DNA of 50,026 nt, from the IMG/VR virus record IMGVR_UViG_3300046616_000032, positions 1-50,026 of that record. One strand, 5' to 3'. A program made the translations under genes and the position numbers. Below the pieces are notes generated by a model, which ran no database searches, was not told the origin of the DNA, and saw nothing but the letters and a program-made list of their open reading frames with translations. The stretch is from a virus. This document shows, piece by piece, positions 36,290 to 43,793 of the stretch (positions are counted from its first letter, which is position 1; each line of letters starts with the position of its first letter).

Positions 36290-37076
36290 ACCCAATTTCC
36301 TTCGCCACTTCGGGATTAAGCTCGTCCCAATCCGTGATGTTCTTATTAATCGCGTATTGAGCAAAGCCCTGATAGGTCTTATCGAGATCGCCATCAGCAT
36401 TCGCGAACTCGCAAGCAGCAATCGTAGCATCGTAGACCTCGCCCATCAGCTTTTCGGAGGAGGCCCAGACAGACGAAGGAACACGATACTCCATCCCATA
36501 GGGCTTGGGCCGGAACGCACCAGCCTTACCGTAAAGCTCACGACGCTGGTTGTCTCGGTCGAACTTGAGCGTTCGGAGACCAACGAAATAATCCATCTGC
36601 CGAGCGAGAACGCAGCAGTTCGTGAAGTGTTCGAAGTCATCGTGTTCCTTGCCTTCGGTCCAACCGATGTGGATGTGACCAGCACCGGTACGGAAGTTCA
36701 CCTCCGCATTCGGGGCATCGTTCGGGGCAAACGTATACGCATTGTAGTCCGGGTTGCAGCCCAGAGCACGAACCTCGGGAGGCAGAGCTTGGATGTACTT
36801 GCTCTTGAAGGTCACAGTGGGCTGAGCCACGATCTTGCAGCCCTTGCCAGCGACGATCTCATTGAGATCACCGATGACGCCAAGGATGTTCGAAATGAAC
36901 TCCTCCTTGGACTTGGCCGGAATGATGTTGGCTTCAAGGGCAACGCCATCGACTTGGACAGCGCCATGCTTCGTCTTCATTGGTTCGGCCTTCGTGCCGC
37001 ATTCGAACGTGTGTCCAGAGATGAACACATTGCCACGACGCACGAAGAATTCCGGATCAGCACCAATAAGAAACAT
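36273..37076 (-). CDS. phiEco32-type COOH-NH2 ligase (type 2) candidate
   Basis: 267 aa. The N-terminal MFLIGADPEFFV is the hallmark opening of this phage ligase family. Confidence 0.55.
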   Translation of the reverse strand: MFLIGADPEFFVRRGNVFISGHTFECGTKAEPMKTKHGAVQVDGVALEANIIPAKSKEEFISNILGVIGDLNEIVAGKGCKIVAQPTVTFKSKYIQALPPEVRALGCNPDYNAYTFAPNDAPNAEVNFRTGAGHIHIGWTEGKEHDDFEHFTNCCVLARQMDYFVGLRTLKFDRDNQRRELYGKAGAFRPKPYGMEYRVPSSVWASSEKLMGEVYDATIAACEFANADGDLDKTYQGFAQYAINKNITDWDELNPEVAKEIGYAAVS

Positions 37077-37085
37077 TCTACTTCC

Positions 37086-38615
37086 TCAGTTCGTAACTAC
37101 GGCCGTACGAATTTGGCCGAGATAGGGTTTGACTTGCTCGTTGTTACCGCAGTCGTAGCAGACAAAGTCCTTACTTCCCACGTCGGACGATGTAGGAAAT
37201 ACGTTATCACCGGCGACAGCAACACTGCCACACCAAGCGCAGCCACGATCCACACATCGGATGAGGTCACGGCCGATACGCTGATCGATGGGGGTTTCTT
37301 CCCGGTTACGGGTGTAGTTAGCGGGAAGGCCCACGTCTGAGATGTCGTCGTTGAGTGGGTCCGGGCTTTCAATATCGACCGAAACGTCAAACTCCTTCGG
37401 GGGGTTAATAACCCTGCCAACTCTTTGAGCAACCTGAAACCTTTGGAGGCGCTTCTTGGCGTCTCTCTCCTCTTGTGCGAGTTGTTTCGCCAGACGCTTC
37501 TGCTGCTGCTTCGATAGCGGCTTGTCAGCAACCGTCGCAGTGTTCGCCTCGACGGGCTTCTCGGGTTCCTCGGGAGGAGCCTTCTCCGCGAGGGCTTTCA
37601 GCCTGTCTTCGACGTTCTGGGGCGACGGCAGCCGAAGGACGTTATCGCCTTCGACCCAACGACCGTTGACGAAGACCTTGCCATCCGACGAACGAATAGG
37701 CCGGGTCTCGCTGCGGACATCAGAGAGACGCTCCCACGGGAGATCGTCCGCCTCCGGCCACTGCTCGTTCCAGAGTTCACGGCGCTGCGTGACGCCCTGA
37801 GCGTGACCTTGGGAGCGATGGTGGTTGCCGTTATGCCCACCCGTCCCACGACCACGCCAATGACCCCCCACCCAGTTAGAGACCTTCGGCTCCTCGGGCT
37901 TGACGTCAGTCACGGATAGCGGCCGGATGACATGCTTGACATCCAGCGGATACTTGAAGTGCTTGTGGATCGGGAGATACGTGCTCCACGTGTTGTTGCC
38001 TTTGTAGCTCCGCTTGAAAGCGAAGTCCAACATCTCCTGTTCCGACGACCAGAACAGCGTACTGATGTTGTCATTCCAGCCGACGTTCTTGAAGAACAAT
38101 GTCCGCTCGGCATTGCGCAGGAAATTGATCGATTGATCCTGCTCGTCGATCCACACTAGGGCGTATGCCCCACGGGTATCCTTCATGGTCTCTTCGACAC
38201 CGATCTTCGAGAAGCTCTCGAACAGCATCGCACTGTCGGAAGTACCAGCCGGGACGTCCTGTCCCGCAACCTTGTACAGTGTACCGTTGTGGACGCCAAT
38301 GATGTGACCAAAGCGATGCGGATGCACAGCCTTGATGTCCACACCACCCTTCGTGGGCCAGCGAGCATGCCCGATGATGGCATTGCAACGCGGCTTCAGA
38401 AGCTCGGAGAGTTCGTCCGAGTAGGCCAGAACGCCTGCGATCTTTGTCGTACGCAGGCTACGGATCGTGGGGGTCTTCTTGGTCGAGATCGTCTGGGAGA
38501 CGATGACCCCTGAGCCATCCATACCACGGAGGCTTGAGATGTTTAGCAAGTCACGGAAGAGGTTTTCCTCTCCGAAGGCCAAGCTGGAACTCATAACACC
38601 TGATAGTCCGCACAT
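37086..38615 (-). CDS. class II (Ntn) glutamine amidotransferase domain protein with long C-terminal extension and Zn ribbon
   Basis: 509 aa. Starts MCGLSG (Cys2 nucleophile). IIGHARWPTKG...VHPH...GVHNGTLYKV. No fused synthetase domain. The C terminus carries CVDRGCAWCGS...CYDCG. Confidence 0.75.
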   Translation of the reverse strand: MCGLSGVMSSSLAFGEENLFRDLLNISSLRGMDGSGVIVSQTISTKKTPTIRSLRTTKIAGVLAYSDELSELLKPRCNAIIGHARWPTKGGVDIKAVHPHRFGHIIGVHNGTLYKVAGQDVPAGTSDSAMLFESFSKIGVEETMKDTRGAYALVWIDEQDQSINFLRNAERTLFFKNVGWNDNISTLFWSSEQEMLDFAFKRSYKGNNTWSTYLPIHKHFKYPLDVKHVIRPLSVTDVKPEEPKVSNWVGGHWRGRGTGGHNGNHHRSQGHAQGVTQRRELWNEQWPEADDLPWERLSDVRSETRPIRSSDGKVFVNGRWVEGDNVLRLPSPQNVEDRLKALAEKAPPEEPEKPVEANTATVADKPLSKQQQKRLAKQLAQEERDAKKRLQRFQVAQRVGRVINPPKEFDVSVDIESPDPLNDDISDVGLPANYTRNREETPIDQRIGRDLIRCVDRGCAWCGSVAVAGDNVFPTSSDVGSKDFVCYDCGNNEQVKPYLGQIRTAVVTN

Positions 38616-38624
38616 ATGATTTCC

Positions 38625-39305
38625 TTATGCTGCGAGAGCGCGTTCGACGCACTTGAAGAAGAGTTCTCTACAGCTTTCGCTTGAGTACTCCGGATGGGGT
38701 TGAAAGCACAGGCTGCGGGTGTTCTTGTAGTACACGACCTCGGCATCACCGGGGTTCTTACCGCTGCCCGGATCATACTTGAACGTCAGCCAGTTGCCGT
38801 CCTTGTCCTTGATGCCACACGCCTTGGTCGAGGCGAGATTGGCCCAAGCCCAAACAGCAGCCCCGCCTTCACGAATAGCCGGGATCATCATCTGATGATG
38901 CGTACTCGTGACGTTGTAGGCACGCTTCAGACCAGCGGCATTGACGTATGTGACTTCGTGCGTTCCACGAATTGCGTGGTTGTCCACGTCCTGCCACATC
39001 TTGCCCTTGTTCATGATATTCAGGAACTGCCCGCCACGACAGATACCGACACGGAACTTGCCTTCGGACTTGGCGTAGCACGCCTGCTCATAAGCATCAC
39101 GCTGTTCGTTGACGAAGGTCCGAGGATGCTTCAACTCCCCGTAGAGCTTGGGGCTGACGTCCGCACCGCCGGTCCATACGGCGATGTTACACTCCGCGAG
39201 GTTCATCGCGACGGCAGCACCGGCTTCGAGGAACATCCGTTCGATGTTGTAATCCCCACCGATGATGTACACACGATGGGACTTGTTCAGTGGTTTCTCA
39301 GACAA
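38625..39305 (-). CDS. class I glutamine amidotransferase / gamma-glutamyl hydrolase (peptidase C26-like)
   Basis: 226 aa. GICRGGQFLN (nucleophile Cys), VTSTHHQ and FQPHPE together give the Cys-His-Glu triad pattern. Confidence 0.75.
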   Translation of the reverse strand: MSEKPLNKSHRVYIIGGDYNIERMFLEAGAAVAMNLAECNIAVWTGGADVSPKLYGELKHPRTFVNEQRDAYEQACYAKSEGKFRVGICRGGQFLNIMNKGKMWQDVDNHAIRGTHEVTYVNAAGLKRAYNVTSTHHQMMIPAIREGGAAVWAWANLASTKACGIKDKDGNWLTFKYDPGSGKNPGDAEVVYYKNTRSLCFQPHPEYSSESCRELFFKCVERALAA

Positions 39306-40128
39306 TACGTTCTCCTGTCATCAAAGCTTGGACGAATTGCTCCAAGGGCTTACGGATCGGTTGCTGCCAATCAATCTTCCAGATCGGTTGGTCGTACATG
39401 GCGAAGCACGATGCAGAACCACTGGGACCGTGGGCGTCCCGCTTGATTAACTTCCCATTGAGAAAGCCATAAGCTTTCTGCCACGGGGATAGACTGCCCA
39501 ACGGGGCACAATGCCCTTGGACTGCACTAGTCCAAAGACCATCGGGATTGTTCTTGTTCATCGGCTGTAGAACGTACGTAGCCAGCAGAACCAGATTGGG
39601 GTTCGTCGGGTACTTCGACCGCAGATACTGGAAAGTCTTCATCCGAGAGGGATGCTCGAACATAAACCTCGTGGCTTGGGCGAACGTCCACAACAGCCCG
39701 GCATTGAGTTTCTTGTCCGAGAGATTGTGGCAAACGATGACCTTGTCGGCCATGATGTCATCGACATCCGTCTTCCAGATGTACGGGAATACATCCTTGA
39801 ACGGGCTGTCTTTGTGCATCAAATGCGAGAGATAGTCCTTAGCCTCAGGGCCAAGGTATTCCGTGCAGGACATATTGCCGGTATCATCGCCACTGCCACC
39901 ACCACGGTACATGAACCCGATGATGTCCGAGGACTTGTGTGAGTTGAACTCACTAGCCGTCGGGGCATAGCAGACGTCAGCCCGAGCTGTGACTTTGCCA
40001 CCCGGAGCGACCATGACAACCGGGGAGCACTGGCTTGTTTTGTGGGCGGCACAGAACTTCTGCGCAGCAGTGACGATTTCCTCGCCGAGGCTAGGAGTGA
40101 ACTTCAATGGGATCATAATGCAATCCAT
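39298..40128 (-). CDS. hypothetical protein (276 aa) inside the amidoligase cluster
   Basis: 8-nt overlap with the downstream GATase gene. Alternative ATG at 40116. No motif recognised. Confidence 0.6.
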   Translation of the reverse strand: MDCIMIPLKFTPSLGEEIVTAAQKFCAAHKTSQCSPVVMVAPGGKVTARADVCYAPTASEFNSHKSSDIIGFMYRGGGSGDDTGNMSCTEYLGPEAKDYLSHLMHKDSPFKDVFPYIWKTDVDDIMADKVIVCHNLSDKKLNAGLLWTFAQATRFMFEHPSRMKTFQYLRSKYPTNPNLVLLATYVLQPMNKNNPDGLWTSAVQGHCAPLGSLSPWQKAYGFLNGKLIKRDAHGPSGSASCFAMYDQPIWKIDWQQPIRKPLEQFVQALMTGERIV

Positions 40129-40258
40129 TCAGATATGCGAGGGCTTCATAGTCTTCGTCATTGTCTGGCATGTCCCGGAAGGGATCGCGTGGGCAATCCC
40201 CTTTAGAGATGTCGTCGAGGTCGCAGGTACACGTCCTGCCGTCAGAGAAGCATTTCAT
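40091..40258 (-). CDS. small acidic Cys-containing protein (55 aa)
   Basis: Hand-translated: MKCFSDGRTCTCDLDDISKGDCPRDPFRDMPDNDEDYEALAYLNGLHYDPIEVHS. Its ATG overlaps the GGCT stop (ATGA). Fills the only sizeable gap in the cluster. Confidence 0.5.
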   Translation of the reverse strand: MKCFSDGRTCTCDLDDISKGDCPRDPFRDMPDNDEDYEALAYLNGLHYDPIEVHS

Positions 40259-40686
40259 GCCGCCCTCACATATGAAACGAGTTCATGGGCGTCATCGACC
40301 TTGATGTTTTTGCCGAGGAACGCTTGGTTGTCGTACCGATGGAAGACCTTGGCATCGCCGACGTACACCGAGACGATCTCGTCATCGAGGGTGTATTCTT
40401 CCATGCGATGGTACATATAGCCTTCGCTTTCCAACCGGTCGAGACGAGCCAGAATGATCTCGCCTTCGCGGGTCAGCTTGCCGTCTACGTTCGGAAGCTC
40501 GTATACTTCCCCCGTAGGAAAGTAACCCGGCTTGTTCTGCGTGGCCTGAAGGATAACCGGGAAGCCACCGGTATCGAACATCCGGTAAGCCTTCTTGAGG
40601 GCGGTGTCCTTAAGGAAAGCCGCGCCTTCCAGACAACGATGGTTGTGAAAGCCTTTCTTGAGCGTACCATAGACGAATACCTTCAT
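40255..40686 (-). CDS. gamma-glutamylcyclotransferase (AIG2/GGACT-like)
   Basis: 143 aa. N-terminal VFVYGTLKKGFHNH and TGEVYEL (catalytic Glu context). Confidence 0.8.
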   Translation of the reverse strand: MKVFVYGTLKKGFHNHRCLEGAAFLKDTALKKAYRMFDTGGFPVILQATQNKPGYFPTGEVYELPNVDGKLTREGEIILARLDRLESEGYMYHRMEEYTLDDEIVSVYVGDAKVFHRYDNQAFLGKNIKVDDAHELVSYVRAA

Positions 40687-40883
40687 TAGAAACTCACTTT
40701 GCTGAGTTCAAGGGTGACGTGACGATCATTTTCGACCGTGTTGGGATGGTGGTAGCCTTCATCGAGGTTGACGTGGACACACCCACCCCTGACAGTGCCC
40801 GGACCCCATGCAGTAATGACACGGGTGCCTTCCTCGATGGACTTGAGTGCCGTGCCGCGCAGCAGTGTAATCAACCACTTCAT
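40686..40883 (-). CDS. hypothetical protein (65 aa)
   Basis: Start/stop junctions overlap with both neighbours. Confidence 0.55.
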   Translation of the reverse strand: MKWLITLLRGTALKSIEEGTRVITAWGPGTVRGGCVHVNLDEGYHHPNTVENDRHVTLELSKVSF

Positions 40884-41083
40884 TTCATGCTCCCGGGCAT
40901 ACGGAATGCGTTCGGATTGATGCGGTTGCGGGGATCGTTAACGGTGGCGTGCCAAGCCGTCTGACGTGCATTCAAACGAGCACGCTTACGGTCCAGCTTC
41001 TTGCAGGGCGGCTTCGGAGCCGCACAGGTGTTGAGAACCCGGCGACGTTCCCGTGGGTACTCCATACGCGGATGCATCGTCAT
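40880..41083 (-). CDS. hypothetical basic protein (67 aa)
   Basis: Start placed at ATG 41083, preceded by AAAGGAGG. The track ORF extends to 41134. Confidence 0.55.
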   Translation of the reverse strand: MTMHPRMEYPRERRRVLNTCAAPKPPCKKLDRKRARLNARQTAWHATVNDPRNRINPNAFRMPGSMK

Positions 41084-41194
41084 GCGAAACCTCCTTTGAA
41101 CACAGGCTTGAAGCGTACCGCGAGGACAGTCCATCCCCGAGGCACGGAGTTACAGTCGAACCACGTCCGTTGGGACGTATTGAGATTGACGCAG

Positions 41195-41419
41195 TCAGCG
41201 ACCCACATCACGGCTCCTGAAATAGTGCTTGACACGCGCCAACCAAGACAACCCTTCGCCGGGTTCGGCGGGATTGACGACCTTGACGCTGATGATCGTG
41301 ATTTGAGTGGTGTTCGCCAAAGCATGGAGATCACCATCCCGCTGATAGACCCGGGTTCGGTACTTGCCTGTTTTCTTCACCCGGTAGACAACCAGATACG
41401 ACGCAACAGCGTCAGTCAT
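41195..41419 (-). CDS. hypothetical protein (74 aa)
   Basis: AAGGAG lies 8 nt upstream of the ATG, directly after the stop of the preceding gene. Confidence 0.55.
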   Translation of the reverse strand: MTDAVASYLVVYRVKKTGKYRTRVYQRDGDLHALANTTQITIISVKVVNPAEPGEGLSWLARVKHYFRSRDVGR

Positions 41420-41424
41420 GCCAA

Positions 41425-41619
41425 CTACTCCTTGTTGACGTCCTCGGCCGTAGCGTCACGCCAACGGCACACCCAACGTCCCGGGCTGTCTTCGCGTCCT
41501 GTCACGAATTCCGAGACCTCGACTTGCAGGATCAAGGGAGAGTTTAAGAACCCAGAAATGTGTGTCTTCCCTTCTAACAGCTTTCGATACCGACGACGTC
41601 CAGTCAACTCACTGGGCAT
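41425..41619 (-). CDS. hypothetical protein (64 aa)
   Basis: Its ATG shares a base with the TGA of the upstream 46-aa ORF. Confidence 0.5.
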   Translation of the reverse strand: MPSELTGRRRYRKLLEGKTHISGFLNSPLILQVEVSEFVTGREDSPGRWVCRWRDATAEDVNKE

Positions 41620-41759
41620 CAGCGCCTCGCGAAGCTGTCAGCGATACGGATATGGCGGGTGTAGATGTCCCACTTGCCAGCCAGCCAAGCGTGAATGGCC
41701 TTGTCACGATGCCACTGAGCAATAGCGCGCATCTGGGGAGTGATCGAACGCTTCGACAT
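41619..41759 (-). CDS. hypothetical protein (46 aa)
   Basis: Hand-translated: MSKRSITPQMRAIAQWHRDKAIHAWLAGKWDIYTRHIRIADSFARR. First ORF after the 16-bp palindrome at 41774. Confidence 0.4.
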   Translation of the reverse strand: MSKRSITPQMRAIAQWHRDKAIHAWLAGKWDIYTRHIRIADSFARR

Positions 41760-41773
41760 GGGAATATCTTTCT

Positions 41774-41789
41774 GTCTACTAGAGTAGAC
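41774..41789. promoter_or_regulatory. 16-bp perfect palindrome GTCTACT-AG-AGTAGAC (operator-like), copy 3
   Basis: Lies in the 59-bp gap between two minus-strand genes. It has the same half-sites as the copies at 44780 and 45032. Confidence 0.55.
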
Positions 41790-41818
41790 TTTTGAGGGAT
41801 TTAAACAAACTCTCAGTG

Positions 41819-42616
41819 TTACGCTGTTTTCTTCGCCGTGTCAACCTCAAACACCGGCTTATGCCGTACCAAGGCTTTGTTGTCCACCATCCAGACAAAC
41901 AATGTAACCTTGTTGCCTGAATTGTCGTTGGTCAAAGGACCGTGGACAGCGACGTCACCGAGCTTGTGTTCCTCGATGTACTTGACGATACGGTCGCCTT
42001 GCTTGTGCGTCCCAGTAGGCGTGGCCTCAGTAAACAGATAGTACGGGCGATGCCTGCCGTATCGCTTCTGTTGTTCCTTGGCCCAGATGATGTAATCAGT
42101 AGGGGACACCGAGACGACTTTCCGCTCGGCGACCCAGTCGGGGTCTTTGGGATCGGTTCTCGTCAGAACGATCTGGTTCTGAATGCCGTGATGCTCCTTG
42201 ACACCGCAGCAATGCATGTCCTTCGACAGCCAGTTTGGGATATGGACGTTCCACCCATCCTTCGCCGGGAACTTGTCTTCGTAGATGCCGTTATGCTTAG
42301 CCACGACTGGCTCCTTCACTGGCACGAACCGATTGAGCTGGTCCTCCATCCACTGATTGAACCTCGACGTACCCCGGCCTGTCGCCGTGTACCATACTTC
42401 GGCTGTCCGCAGTGTCTCCAGAGCTCTGAATTCGCTTGAGCTCAGCGCGGAAGGCTCGGCGGGCCTCACGGGCGGCATTGCGACGGGCTCCGCGATAGGT
42501 GCTGGCGTCCCGAGGAATACCTGCCTTTGGGCGGCGAGGGCTTCCTGCCGTTGTTGCGCCCGCTCCTGATGGGTCTTGAAGCCCTGCTTCCGCAGGTTGT
42601 AGACTGACGATTTCAT
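41819..42616 (-). CDS. hypothetical protein (265 aa)
   Basis: Long ORF with a basic N terminus and a Pro/Ala linker. No motif recognised. Confidence 0.65.
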   Translation of the reverse strand: MKSSVYNLRKQGFKTHQERAQQRQEALAAQRQVFLGTPAPIAEPVAMPPVRPAEPSALSSSEFRALETLRTAEVWYTATGRGTSRFNQWMEDQLNRFVPVKEPVVAKHNGIYEDKFPAKDGWNVHIPNWLSKDMHCCGVKEHHGIQNQIVLTRTDPKDPDWVAERKVVSVSPTDYIIWAKEQQKRYGRHRPYYLFTEATPTGTHKQGDRIVKYIEEHKLGDVAVHGPLTNDNSGNKVTLFVWMVDNKALVRHKPVFEVDTAKKTA

Positions 42617-42632
42617 TCAAGGCGTACTCCTG

Positions 42633-42881
42633 TCATAATTTGTGTAGACCAAAGCCGAATTCTTGTTTGAATTCAGCACGATAAGTTCTTTGGTAGTCTC
42701 GTTTGCGTTGCCGTAATTCAGGGTTTGATTGGTACCTCAGCCTGTCTTTTTCTTTCTTGCATTCCTTGCAATACGTCTCGTTGGGCTGGCGCTGCCGTAT
42801 GTGTCCACGACGACAAATCGGAGACTTAGGACGACCAACGCGAGCCTCGAACGTACCAACAACGACAAAGACTTGGGACAT
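42633..42881 (-). CDS. small zinc-ribbon / basic DNA-binding-like protein (82 aa)
   Basis: CRRGH...YCKEC followed by an Arg/Lys-rich helix. First ORF after the terminator at 42914..42943. Confidence 0.5.
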   Translation of the reverse strand: MSQVFVVVGTFEARVGRPKSPICRRGHIRQRQPNETYCKECKKEKDRLRYQSNPELRQRKRDYQRTYRAEFKQEFGFGLHKL

Positions 42882-42913
42882 GGAACACCTTCACAGACAC
42901 AGAAGTACAGACG

Positions 42914-42943
42914 CAAAAAATCCCCCATGTTTTCACATGGGGG
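42914..42943 (-). terminator. rho-independent terminator (minus strand)
   Basis: The minus strand reads CCCCCATG-tgaaaa-CATGGGGG-A-TTTTTT. Confidence 0.75.
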
Positions 42944-42972
42944 TTGCTACGACTAGCAGTTGGGAGGCTCGG

Positions 42973-43152
42973 TTAACCTTTCGGGTAAAGCTCTTTGTAA
43001 AGCTTTTCCCATTCTTGCGGCTCGCGGAGGTCGTACTTCCGCTGGAATTCACGCTCTTGTTTGCGTGCCTTGTAGTCAGTGTACCCATACCCGGCGATAC
43101 CAATGCCTAGGGCGAGCACGCATACAATCATAACCCAGAACACTAGAAACAT
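42973..43152 (-). CDS. small membrane protein (59 aa)
   Basis: Hand-translated: MFLVFWVMIVCVLALGIGIAGYGYTDYKARKQEREFQRKYDLREPQEWEKLYKELYPKG. AAGGAG lies 7 nt upstream. Confidence 0.55.
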   Translation of the reverse strand: MFLVFWVMIVCVLALGIGIAGYGYTDYKARKQEREFQRKYDLREPQEWEKLYKELYPKG

Positions 43153-43176
43153 TGCTATCTCCTTGATTTCGCAGCC

Positions 43177-43443
43177 TTATTTCCTGCCCCACCTCCGAGA
43201 GACACGACGCTTGAAGAGGCTCGTATGTCTCACAGAGGCGTGCAACGAACGTTCACGTATTGGCACATAACGCCGCTCCGCATTGGGCAACGGCGGTAGA
43301 GCAGTCTCAACTACAAGCGTGTCCGCTATGGCAGCACGACGCTTATTCTGCCTCACAACGAGCGCAGAAACTTCATCCCGCATCTGTAGGCGTGCGGATT
43401 GCAGAACACGGCGCGGCCTTGCCGCTTGAATGCGCTCCCCCAT
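43177..43443 (-). CDS. hypothetical Arg-rich protein (88 aa), doubtful
   Basis: ATG ORF without an obvious SD. Uses several codons (AGG, AGA, ATA, CTA) uncommon elsewhere in the genome. Overlaps a competing 109-aa TTG ORF. Confidence 0.3.
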   Translation of the reverse strand: MGERIQAARPRRVLQSARLQMRDEVSALVVRQNKRRAAIADTLVVETALPPLPNAERRYVPIRERSLHASVRHTSLFKRRVSRRWGRK

Positions 43444-43732
43444 GGCGCTAGGCCGTATGATGACAGGAACATCTCCACATACTCAAGTGAAACTCGAATA
43501 GTACACCCACCCAGATAATTCCAAGCATTCCCATTTCCATTCTCTGTTAAGGGCGAGACCCTTGCCCCTCCGGGCTGTGATGTTGACGCGGTTGCTACTA
43601 ACGTGAGACCAGATAAATCGACACGACAATGATTAGGACAATACCGGCCCATAGGGCGGCATTCCAAATCAATGCCCAACAAAAGGGAGATACTCTCATG
43701 TCCACCTCACATGACTAACTCAGGTATTCAGG

Positions 43733-43766
43733 CAAAGAAAAACCCCATGGGCCGAAACCCATGGGG
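43733..43766 (-). terminator. rho-independent terminator (minus strand) after the first early gene
   Basis: The minus strand reads CCCCATGGG-tttcgg-CCCATGGGG-TTTTTTCTTTG, about 27 nt after the stop at 43794. Confidence 0.8.
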
Positions 43767-43793
43767 CGCAAATGCCGCTAACGGGTGGGTGGG

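Noticed and set aside
43353-43682. 109-aa TTG-initiated ORF from the track.
   Set aside because: It has a TTG start without SD and an odd composition. It overlaps the 88-aa ATG ORF, and neither is convincing. The region is treated as uncertain rather than annotated.
43598-43698. Apparent small membrane ORF starting at an ATG after GAGGTG (minus strand).
   Set aside because: Careful re-translation shows ATG AGA GTA TCT CCC TTT GTT GGG CAT TGA, a stop after 9 codons. The hydrophobic frame has no start codon.
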